In this document: positions 55,734 through 64,000 of the stretch, piece after piece
Position numbering within the stretch: the stretch's first letter is position 1
How the letters are laid out: every line of letters begins with the position of its first letter
Source: Escherichia coli 042
GTDB lineage: Bacteria; Pseudomonadota; Gammaproteobacteria; Enterobacterales; Enterobacteriaceae
Reading direction: 5' to 3' (one strand)
Assembly (NCBI RefSeq): GCF_000027125.1
Contig: NC_017626.1
DNA: 64,000 nucleotides
Made by a program: the position numbers and the translations under genes
The notes under the pieces: generated by a model
Databases searched by the model: none
The model's input: the letters and a program-made list of their open reading frames with translations, nothing else
Told to the model about the DNA's origin: nothing

Positions 55734-56519
55734 TTAGCGCACTAAATAACCGCCATCAACCACTAATAAATGTCCGTTGACATAATTCGATGCCGGACTT
55801 GCGAGGAATACGGCTGCGCCCATTAAATCCTGAGTATCGCCCCAACGGTTTGCCGGAATATGTTCAAGAACGCGCTGGTTAGTTTCTGGATTACTACGGG
55901 TCGCCAGAGTGATATCGGTAGCGTAATATCCCGGGGCAATACCATTCACCTGAATATTATATTGACCTAATTCATCGCAATAGGCTTTGGTGAATCCGGC
56001 AAGAGCATGTTTAGTGGCAGAATAAGCAGGTGACCATTGTCCACCTAAGTAAGAGAACAATGAACAGATATTAATGATTTTACCGCTTTTCTGCGGGATC
56101 ATAATTTTTGCAGCTTCATAGCTTAACTCGAATGCGGCGGTCAGGTTCACATCAATCATTGGATCCCAGTCGGCACGACCGAAGTCCAGCACCTTATTCA
56201 GCTTACAAATACCGGCATTGTTAACCAGAATATCGACGGTACCGAAACGTTCGCAACAGGCGGCGATTATCTTCTGCGGCGCGCCTTTTGCGGTGATATC
56301 CACCTGCATAAAATCAACTTCAACACCCTGTTTTTCAATCATTCCCTTTGTTTCGCCGTTATCTTTAACGAAGCTTGGAATAAAGATATTTGCACCAGCT
56401 TTGGCCAGCGCCATGGCAAATGCCTGGCCTAAACCGCTATTCCCGCCGGTAACAATTGCGGTTTTACCTTTCAGGGAGAAAAAATCCATTGAGAACGCAT
56501 TGAGAGATTCGATTGACAT
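55734..56519 (-). CDS. ygcW: short-chain dehydrogenase/reductase (SDR)
   Basis: About 261 aa from MSIESLN; TGGNSGLG cofactor motif, YxxxK catalytic pair. Confidence 0.88.
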   Translation of the reverse strand: MSIESLNAFSMDFFSLKGKTAIVTGGNSGLGQAFAMALAKAGANIFIPSFVKDNGETKGMIEKQGVEVDFMQVDITAKGAPQKIIAACCERFGTVDILVNNAGICKLNKVLDFGRADWDPMIDVNLTAAFELSYEAAKIMIPQKSGKIINICSLFSYLGGQWSPAYSATKHALAGFTKAYCDELGQYNIQVNGIAPGYYATDITLATRSNPETNQRVLEHIPANRWGDTQDLMGAAVFLASPASNYVNGHLLVVDGGYLVR

Positions 56520-56837
56520 AGTTAGCTCCAATTTCCGTAAGGCAAAAAAAAAGAAAGGTAACTTCCCCCGCGAGAGGGAAGTTACCTTTCTCATTATCTC
56601 TGGTAACTGGAGATAATTTTTATCATAAGGGCATAATCGCTAATGTGATCGTAATCACAGTGTTATATTCGAATTGTCAAATAATTTTAAAAAGCAGAAG
56701 CGTGATTACTCTCACACAACACCACTGCTTTCCATGTTATTTCTTATTGCAATTACTAGAGACCTGAGAAAAGTAATCCACCTGAAAGGGCGGCTTACTT
56801 TTCTCTTTTTTTTGTCTATTACAAATGGGAATACGAT

Positions 56838-58115
56838 ATGCAACACAACTCATATCGCCGTTGGATAACCCTCGCGATAATTAGTTTTAGCGGCGGCGTT
56901 AGTTTCGACCTGGCTTATTTACGTTATATTTATCAAATTCCCATGGCGAAATTTATGGGATTCAGCAATACCGAGATAGGTTTAATAATGAGTACCTTTG
57001 GTATTGCGGCTATTATTCTTTATGCCCCCAGCGGCGTTATTGCCGATAAATTTTCACACCGCAAAATGATTACTTCCGCGATGATCATTACCGGATTACT
57101 GGGTCTGTTAATGGCAACATATCCACCGCTGTGGGTAATGCTCTGTATTCAGGTCGCCTTTGCGATAACGACGATTTTAATGCTGTGGTCGGTGTCGATT
57201 AAAGCCGCCTCGTTGCTGGGCGATCATAGCGAGCAAGGGAAAATTATGGGCTGGATGGAAGGGCTGCGCGGCGTCGGTGTAATGTCGCTGGCGGTGTTTA
57301 CCATGTGGGTCTTTTCTCGCTTTGCACCGGATGACAGCGCCAGCCTGAAAACGGTCATTATTATCTATAGTGTGGTTTACATTCTGCTGGGCATTTTGTG
57401 TTGGTTTTTTGTTAGCGATAACAACAACCTGCGCAATACCAATAACGAAGAAAAACAGTCATTCCAGCTTAGCGACATCCTGGCTGTTTTGCGCATCAGC
57501 ACCACCTGGTATTGCAGCATGGTGATTTTTGGTGTCTTCACCATCTACGCCATTCTGAGTTACTCCACCAACTATCTGACCGAAATGTACGGCATGTCGC
57601 TGGTGGCGGCGAGCTACATGGGGATTGTGATCAACAAAATCTTCCGCGCACTGTGCGGCCCACTTGGTGGCATTATCACCACCTACAGCAAAGTGAAATC
57701 CCCTACCCGCGTGATCCAAATCCTTTCCGTACTCGGCTTGCTGGCGTTAACTGCCCTGCTCGTCACGAACTCTAACCCGCAATCGGTCGCGATGGGGATT
57801 GGCCTGATTTTACTGCTGGGATTCACCTGTTACGCCTCACGCGGGCTGTACTGGGCCTGCCCTGGCGAAGCGAGAACACCGTCTTACATTATGGGCACCA
57901 CGGTAGGTATTTGTTCGGTGATTGGATTCCTGCCGGATGTCTTCGTTTACCCGATTATCGGCTACTGGCAAGACACCCTGCCCGCTGCAGAAGCCTACCG
58001 CAATATGTGGCTGATGGGCATGGCGGCGCTTGCCATGGTGATCGTCTTTACCTTTTTGCTGTTCCAAAAAATTCGTACTGCTGATAGCGCCCCTGCTATG
58101 GCTAGCAGCAAGTAA
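56838..58115 (+). CDS. yqcE: MFS transporter
   Basis: 425 aa polytopic membrane ORF divergent from ygcW. Confidence 0.88.
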   Translation: MQHNSYRRWITLAIISFSGGVSFDLAYLRYIYQIPMAKFMGFSNTEIGLIMSTFGIAAIILYAPSGVIADKFSHRKMITSAMIITGLLGLLMATYPPLWVMLCIQVAFAITTILMLWSVSIKAASLLGDHSEQGKIMGWMEGLRGVGVMSLAVFTMWVFSRFAPDDSASLKTVIIIYSVVYILLGILCWFFVSDNNNLRNTNNEEKQSFQLSDILAVLRISTTWYCSMVIFGVFTIYAILSYSTNYLTEMYGMSLVAASYMGIVINKIFRALCGPLGGIITTYSKVKSPTRVIQILSVLGLLALTALLVTNSNPQSVAMGIGLILLLGFTCYASRGLYWACPGEARTPSYIMGTTVGICSVIGFLPDVFVYPIIGYWQDTLPAAEAYRNMWLMGMAALAMVIVFTFLLFQKIRTADSAPAMASSK

Positions 58116-58141
58116 GTCCAGAAAATTACAGGAGAAAAATC

Positions 58142-59620
58142 ATGTCGAAAAAATACATCATAGGGATTGATGGCGGAAGTCAGAGCACAAAAGTGGTGAT
58201 GTATGATCTGGAAGGTAATGTGGTTTGCGAAGGCAAAGACTTATTGCAGCCGATGCACACGCCAGATGCCGATACCGCAGAACATCCTGACGACGATTTA
58301 TGGGCATCATTATGTTTTGCCGGTCACGATTTGATGAGTCAGTTTGCCGGGAATAAAGAAGATATTGTCGGTATTGGTCTGGGCTCCATCCGTTGCTGCC
58401 GTGCGTTATTGAAAGCCGATGGCACGCCAGCTGCGCCGTTGATTAGCTGGCAGGATGCACGCGTTACACGCCCTTACGAACATACGAATCCTGACGTGGC
58501 ATATGTCACCTCTTTTTCAGGTTATCTGACGCATCGCTTAACCGGCGAGTTTAAAGACAATATCGCCAACTATTTTGGTCAGTGGCCGGTGGATTATAAG
58601 ACCTGGGCATGGAGTGAAGATGCCGCAGTCATGGAGAAGTTTAATATCCCCCGTCATATGCTGTTTGATGTGCAAATGCCTGGCACCGTCCTCGGACATA
58701 TCACACCACAAGCCGCACTGGCGACACATTTCCCGGCAGGACTGCCGGTTGTTTGTACCACCAGTGATAAACCGGTAGAAGCTCTGGGGGCCGGATTACT
58801 GGATAATGAAACTGCGGTAATTTCTCTTGGCACTTACATCGCATTGATGATGAACGGCAAAGCACTGCCGAAAGATCCGGTGGCGTACTGGCCAATTATG
58901 TCTTCTATTCCGCAAACATTGCTGTATGAAGGTTACGGTATCCGCAAAGGCATGTGGACAGTGAGCTGGCTGCGCGACATGTTAGGCGAGTCGTTAATTC
59001 AGGATGCCAAAGCACAGGATCTTTCACCGGAAGATTTACTCAACAAGAAAGCGTCTTGTGTGCCGCCTGGCTGTAATGGTCTGATGACGGTGCTGGACTG
59101 GCTGACCAATCCGTGGGAACCGTACAAACGCGGGATTATGATCGGCTTTGATTCCAGCATGGATTACGCATGGATATATCGTTCGATACTGGAAAGCGTG
59201 GCGCTGACGCTGAAGAACAATTACGACAATATGTGTAATGAAATGAATCACTTTGCAAAGCATGTGATCATTACTGGCGGTGGTTCGAACAGCGATCTGT
59301 TTATGCAGATTTTTGCCGACGTGTTCAACCTTCCGGCACGACGTAACGCCATTAATGGTTGTGCAAGTCTGGGGGCAGCGATTAATACGGCGGTAGGTCT
59401 GGGGCTATACCCGGATTACGCAACGGCTGTCGACAAAATGGTTCGCATGAAAGATATCTTTATGCCTGTTGAGAGCAACGCCAAACGCTACGACGCGATG
59501 AATAAAGGCATTTTCAAAGACCTAACCAAACACACTGATGTGATCCTGAAAAAATCGTATGAAGTGATGCATGGTGAGCTGGGGAATGAAGATTCGATCC
59601 AGAGCTGGTCGAATGCGTAA
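58142..59620 (+). CDS. ygcE: FGGY-family carbohydrate kinase
   Basis: 492 aa; N-terminal IIGIDGGSQSTK sugar-kinase motif. Confidence 0.9.
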   Translation: MSKKYIIGIDGGSQSTKVVMYDLEGNVVCEGKDLLQPMHTPDADTAEHPDDDLWASLCFAGHDLMSQFAGNKEDIVGIGLGSIRCCRALLKADGTPAAPLISWQDARVTRPYEHTNPDVAYVTSFSGYLTHRLTGEFKDNIANYFGQWPVDYKTWAWSEDAAVMEKFNIPRHMLFDVQMPGTVLGHITPQAALATHFPAGLPVVCTTSDKPVEALGAGLLDNETAVISLGTYIALMMNGKALPKDPVAYWPIMSSIPQTLLYEGYGIRKGMWTVSWLRDMLGESLIQDAKAQDLSPEDLLNKKASCVPPGCNGLMTVLDWLTNPWEPYKRGIMIGFDSSMDYAWIYRSILESVALTLKNNYDNMCNEMNHFAKHVIITGGGSNSDLFMQIFADVFNLPARRNAINGCASLGAAINTAVGLGLYPDYATAVDKMVRMKDIFMPVESNAKRYDAMNKGIFKDLTKHTDVILKKSYEVMHGELGNEDSIQSWSNA

Positions 59621-59666
59621 GTGAGGAAGACCGGGCGGGAAACTGCCCGGCCTGAACATACCTGAA

Positions 59667-59804
59667 TGGTTATCCCCGCTGACGCGGGGAACATAAGTTC
59701 GACAACTTAAAAAATGATAACAAGTCCGGTTTATCCCCGCTGATGCAGGGAACATAATAAAAACTTTAACTAGTTCGGTTTATCCCTGTTTTTACAAGGA
59801 ATAT
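59667..59804 (-). CRISPR. degenerate CRISPR remnant (3 decayed I-E repeats)
   Basis: tggttatccccgctgacgcggggaacat, cggtttatccccgctgatgcagggaacat, cggtttatccctgtttttacaaggaatat, separated by 32-nt and 20-nt spacers. Confidence 0.7.
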
Positions 59805-60257
59805 TAACTACACTCGATGTCTTTAGAATAAAAGACAATACGAATCGCACTTTATCAATTTTCACTTAAAGTATGAACTGGATATCTTTATTCATAAGAA
59901 CTATTCATCAACAGCGTATAGAGGCGATTATGTAAAATCACTCATTAGCCTCAAAACAAAGACAAATTTCCAGATTTATTACTTAATCAATGAATAATAA
60001 GCTTAAAAAATACACTGTTATTCTAAAGAAAAAATTAACAGGCATTAATTAATATTAAAAAAATAATATATTAAAATTTCTTAACGATTTAAGAATCATA
60101 CAAATAACACTTTGATTAAATTTAATTTTTTGTATCGATAATTGTGAACTTCTCTGGCATGGAGAACTATTTTGAACATGAGGTGTTACGTGGATATGTT
60201 GCTTATTACAAGTACTGCTAATATAAAAACTTGAGAAAGAGATAACGGGTTATATGG

Positions 60258-60408
60258 TGGTTTATCCCCGCTGGCGCGGGGAACTCTTGGCATAGGCGCT
60301 ATAGCGGCGCTCTGTGTCCGGTTTATCCCCGCTGACGTGGGGAACTCAAAGACAAATTTCTTTGTTCCTATGGCCAGACCGGTTTATCCCCGCTGGCGCG
60401 GGGAACTC
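60258..60408 (-). CRISPR. second type I-E CRISPR array: 3 repeats, 2 spacers of 32 nt
   Basis: Repeats at 60258, 60319, 60380 ((t/c)ggtttatccccgctg(g/a)cg(c/t)ggggaactc); 61-nt period. Confidence 0.9.
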
Positions 60409-60540
60409 TCTAAACATAACCTATTATTAATTAATGATTTTTTAAGCCAGTCACAATCTACCAACTTTACAGTATCACACAAACAACACATCCATTATGT
60501 TAAAGAGCATTTAATCCATTGATTAAAAAGATAAATATTT
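60409..60540 (-). promoter_or_regulatory. leader of the second CRISPR array
   Basis: AT-rich; motif acaatctaccaact at 60453..60466, 45 nt from the last repeat, matching the first leader (46 nt). Confidence 0.75.
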
Positions 60541-60746
60541 GAAATAACTCTATTCAAACTAAAATCTACCAAATTTCACCGCAATAATTTTCACTCCAAC
60601 GAAAAATTAACGCCATAAAATTTGTAGAGAATGATAATGATTAGTTCAGGATGGGCAAAATGGAGGTTTTTCAGAGGCGACAAAGAATATAAATGAGTAG
60701 AAGTCTTTACAGGTTCCACCCATTTATAACGCTTATAAATGTTTAA

Positions 60747-61418
60747 TCAGGCAATATTTAAATATTTATGCGTTTGCATCGACAAACGCCAGTTGCGCGC
60801 AATGCACGTATCGATACATAAACGAGTAGCATCATCCTTTTGGCTAATCGGCTGCAGTGCAATGACTCGCGGTTTATCATCGGTCAGTGTTGCCAGTAGT
60901 TCATCCAGTGCTTCAATATCACGTACGCGTCCCACTGGATGCTTGATTTCGTTGGCTCGCTCCAGTGCCTGTGACAACACTTCATAGCCGCCGCGCATGT
61001 TCAGCTTTGGCGATACGGTAACCCAGGTATTCGGTGTGCAGCGTACCTCATGAGTACCACTGGTTTCGATCTGGCAGCTAAAACCGTTCTTTTCGAGCAG
61101 GTCAGTCAGTGGCAGCAAATCATGAATGCAAGGCTCACCACCCGTAATCACCACATGCCGCGCGGTGTATCCCTGGCGACCAATGACAGCCAGCAAGTCT
61201 TCACTGCTCGCCGCCCCCCACTTATCACTCTCTTTGGTCTTCGCCAGAATGCTGAAAAGGGAGACTTCCCGATCCTCAAGCTTTTCCCAGGTGTGTTTGG
61301 TGTCGCACCAGGCACAGCCAACCGGGCATCCCTGTAAACGAATAAAAATGGCGGGGACGCCGGTAAAGTAACCCTCACCTTGCAGGGTCTGGAACATCTC
61401 GTTAATCGGGTACTGCAT
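60747..61418 (-). CDS. queE: 7-carboxy-7-deazaguanine synthase (radical SAM)
   Basis: 223 aa; CPVGCAWCDT radical-SAM cysteine motif. Confidence 0.93.
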   Translation of the reverse strand: MQYPINEMFQTLQGEGYFTGVPAIFIRLQGCPVGCAWCDTKHTWEKLEDREVSLFSILAKTKESDKWGAASSEDLLAVIGRQGYTARHVVITGGEPCIHDLLPLTDLLEKNGFSCQIETSGTHEVRCTPNTWVTVSPKLNMRGGYEVLSQALERANEIKHPVGRVRDIEALDELLATLTDDKPRVIALQPISQKDDATRLCIDTCIARNWRLSMQTHKYLNIA

Positions 61419-61590
61419 AGCATTCTCTGTGAAGTGGATAATTGTTAATTATTGCAGATCCTGCCACAACAATCATGTCTTATTAACATTCTGTTACAGG
61501 CAGGTTTAAGGCAAAAAGTGGATGAGATCATAAAGAATAAAATGAAGCGGCGTATTATGTTTTAAGGAATTAATTAAAAGGGACATAGAC

Positions 61591-62193
61591 ATGCTCAGGA
61601 TATTCATCGTAATTATATTTATTGCCAATTTATCAGGCTGTGGATATAACGATATTCAAACCTATGATGAGCAGGTTAACGCCTCCTGGTCTGAGGTATT
61701 GAATCAATATCAACGTCGCGCCGATCTTATTCCTAATCTTGTCGCCAGTATTAAAGGTTATTCCAGCCATGAACAAGAGGTACTGGAAGCCGTAACATTG
61801 GCACGTAGCCAGGCTAATCGCGCCAGTAGCGATCTTCAGCAAGCTCCGGGAGATGCGCAAAAATTACAAGCCTGGCAACAAGCCCAGGCGCAGGTGTCTC
61901 GCACTCTCGGTCAGTTAACGATAATTAGTGAACGTTACCCTGATTTAAAAGCTCAGGAACTCTATCAAAATTTAATGGTACAGCTCGAAGGAAGTGAAAA
62001 TAGAATTGCCGTTGCGCGAGGAAGATATATTAAAGCCATTGAACAATATAATGTCACTATCCGCAAATTCCCCGCTGTATTAACCGCAAAGGTCATGGAT
62101 TACACACCGAAGAAAAATTATTTGCCGGATGACGTCGCAGCTGTGAGTAAAGCACCAATAATAGATTTTAGCCAGAATGCTAATGCGCATTAA
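61591..62193 (+). CDS. lemA: LemA-family lipoprotein
   Basis: 200 aa; lipobox LSGC; LemA-family similarity. Confidence 0.8.
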   Translation: MLRIFIVIIFIANLSGCGYNDIQTYDEQVNASWSEVLNQYQRRADLIPNLVASIKGYSSHEQEVLEAVTLARSQANRASSDLQQAPGDAQKLQAWQQAQAQVSRTLGQLTIISERYPDLKAQELYQNLMVQLEGSENRIAVARGRYIKAIEQYNVTIRKFPAVLTAKVMDYTPKKNYLPDDVAAVSKAPIIDFSQNANAH

Positions 62194-62206
62194 GCGGGGA
62201 AGTTAT

Positions 62207-63100
62207 ATGCGAAATTTTATCTTCCTTATGGCTTTCTTCTGTTCATCTGTGTTTGCCACACAAATTCCAGTACCTGAATCACCCAGGTATGTGAATGACT
62301 TAACCGGCACATTGACAAACAGTGAAGTAAACACCCTGACCAACCAGATTAAAGCCCTGACGCAAAAAAACAACGCACAGTTGGTCGTGTTAGTGGTTGA
62401 AACAACAGGCGATGAAACCATCGAGCAGTACGCAACGCGGGTATTCGATAGCTGGAAACCGGGTGATAAAGACCGCGATGATGGCGTTCTACTGTTAGTC
62501 GCCTGGCAGGATAATACCGTGCGTATTGAAATTGGTTACGGACTGGAAGGTATTATTACGGATGCGCAGTCCGGGAAAATTATTCGCAACAGTATTATTC
62601 CGGCATTTAAAAAAGGCGACCTGGCTGGCGGTTTACAAAAGGGGATCAGCGATATTGAAAGTCGTCTGACGGGGAATAATTTAGCAACGATAACACCGAC
62701 CGATTACCCTTTGCCCTTTAGTGGTTGGTGGGCTTTGTTAGTCTGGGCGATAGTACTGACGTTTATTTCTGCCAGAGGATATGTCAAAACACTGGGACTA
62801 ATTTGCTTCGCAGCTATTGTACTGGCCTTTGTTTTACCTATAGCAGGTTTCAGCGGAAGCTGGGGAGTGCTCGCAACATTACTCTGCTTCGCCACACCGT
62901 TCCTGGCTGTCGCCATCGCTTTTACTCCCTTCGGCAAAAAGGTTCGGGATTCGATGCGTAATACCAACCAGCCATCACGCCATACAAGAAACAATTCTTC
63001 CTCCCACTATTCGTCATCGTCATCCTCTTCATTCGACAATGACAATTTCCGCGGTGGTGGCGGTTCATCTGGTGGCGGTGGCGCTTCCGGGCGCTGGTAA
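62207..63100 (+). CDS. ygcG: TPM-domain membrane protein with Gly/Ser-rich C-terminal tail
   Basis: About 297 aa from MRNFIF; signal peptide, TPM domain, TM segments, tail SSSHYSSSSSSSFDNDNFRGGGGSSGGGGASGRW. Confidence 0.8.
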   Translation: MRNFIFLMAFFCSSVFATQIPVPESPRYVNDLTGTLTNSEVNTLTNQIKALTQKNNAQLVVLVVETTGDETIEQYATRVFDSWKPGDKDRDDGVLLLVAWQDNTVRIEIGYGLEGIITDAQSGKIIRNSIIPAFKKGDLAGGLQKGISDIESRLTGNNLATITPTDYPLPFSGWWALLVWAIVLTFISARGYVKTLGLICFAAIVLAFVLPIAGFSGSWGVLATLLCFATPFLAVAIAFTPFGKKVRDSMRNTNQPSRHTRNNSSSHYSSSSSSSFDNDNFRGGGGSSGGGGASGRW

Positions 63101-63114
63101 CAAAAGGAATTGAT

Positions 63115-64000
63115 ATGCGTATTTTTCTCTTACTTCTGATGCTATGCGGTTTTCAGGTATTCGCTGAACGATTGCCTTCAGTGACTGACTTAACCGGGAC
63201 ATTAACGACAGAAGAACAAAGTGCTTTAAATCAACAATTACAGACTCTCGAGCAGCAAAACCACTTCCAGGTGGCCGTGTTGGTTACGCCGACCACAGGG
63301 GGCAAAAATATTAAACTTGCAGCCTCGCAGAGCTACGGGTTATATCACTGGAAACCCGTTGGAGAGAAGCGATATGGCGAAGGAATCTTAATTCTCGTCC
63401 TCTGGCCGGAAGGGCTGGCGTCAATGAAGATTGGACATGGACTGGAACAGATGTTGCCGCCGGAACAAGCTGCACAAATTGTTCGTTACCATATGCAGCC
63501 AGAATTCGAAAAAAACAATCTCTTTGCTGGATTAACGGGCGGAATTGAAAGCATCGCACAGTTTACCCATATCAAAGCGAACCTTAGCCCTTTGGATGCT
63601 TTAGCCAATCATCTGTTTGCTAATCCGCAACGTTCGCTGCCATGTCTTGCCTGGACACTGCTGATGATCGTTGCCATCGTTGTCCTCTGGCGATTTGCCA
63701 GCCGCCCAGGGCGTGGCATATGGATGATATCGATGATTACCCCTATGGTCTGGTTTTTCTTCTTTCAGGACGATGTCATCATTCGGCGGGTGTCGATCGT
63801 TTGTTTTAGTTTATTGTTCGCAACAACCTGCTGGCAGCGTCTCGCGGTAGTTTTTAATATGTGCCGCGCATTTCCTATGATGCTGGCCCCCAAAAATAAA
63901 AACACTAAAGTGAAAAAACAAAAGAAGACTCCGCAGGTTCGTGAATCAGGACGAAATTCATTGTTTGTCGTGATGCTGATAATTATTGTGGGATGGTGCC
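63115..64000 (+). CDS. second TPM-domain membrane protein (3' end beyond window)
   Basis: ATG at 63115; signal peptide MRIFLLLLMLCGFQVFA; TPM-like domain; not in ORF track, so presumably open to the window edge. Confidence 0.65.
   Translation, partial: MRIFLLLLMLCGFQVFAERLPSVTDLTGTLTTEEQSALNQQLQTLEQQNHFQVAVLVTPTTGGKNIKLAASQSYGLYHWKPVGEKRYGEGILILVLWPEGLASMKIGHGLEQMLPPEQAAQIVRYHMQPEFEKNNLFAGLTGGIESIAQFTHIKANLSPLDALANHLFANPQRSLPCLAWTLLMIVAIVVLWRFASRPGRGIWMISMITPMVWFFFFQDDVIIRRVSIVCFSLLFATTCWQRLAVVFNMCRAFPMMLAPKNKNTKVKKQKKTPQVRESGRNSLFVVMLIIIVGWC

Noticed and set aside
59941-59970. 13-nt match (aaagacaaatttc) between the AT-rich region upstream of CRISPR II and spacer 60348..60379, possibly self-targeting
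   Set aside because: The match covers only 13 of 32 nt in a low-complexity AT-rich context with no full protospacer, so it is most likely coincidental; I could not verify it base-by-base with confidence.

Overview
This window reads as an Escherichia coli-type chromosomal segment, gene order conserved almost throughout. From left to right: the 3' end of ascB; the formate hydrogenlyase operon hycIHGFEDCBA (minus strand); the divergent hydrogenase maturation operon hypABCDE and fhlA; a small di-Mop molbindin gene; ygbA; mutS; a variable mutS-rpoS block (AT-rich Sel1-repeat protein, pphB, UbiX/UbiD-type decarboxylase genes ecdBCD, MarR-type hosA); rpoS-nlpD-pcm-surE-truD-ispF-ispD-ftsB-ygbE-cysCND; iap; a complete type I-E CRISPR-Cas locus (8-repeat array, leader, cas2-cas1-cas6e-cas5-cas7-cse2-cse1-cas3); an intact Hok/Gef-family type I toxin gene; cysHIJ; queD; the uncharacterised ygcNOPQRSUW-yqcE-ygcE cluster; a degenerate CRISPR remnant and a second short array with its own leader; queE; and a LemA/TPM-domain trio running off the right edge. 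Gene calls rest on the supplied ORF track plus recognition of the protein sequences; several track ORFs begin at an upstream GTG/TTG and were trimmed to the likely true start. I found no system that I can claim is undescribed. The most interesting features are the CRISPR-Cas locus with its unusually compact cas3-cse1 junction, the Hok toxin sitting between cas3 and cysH, the ETF-linked ygc catabolic island of unknown substrate, and the variable mutS-rpoS block. Coordinates of short motifs may be off by a base or two.
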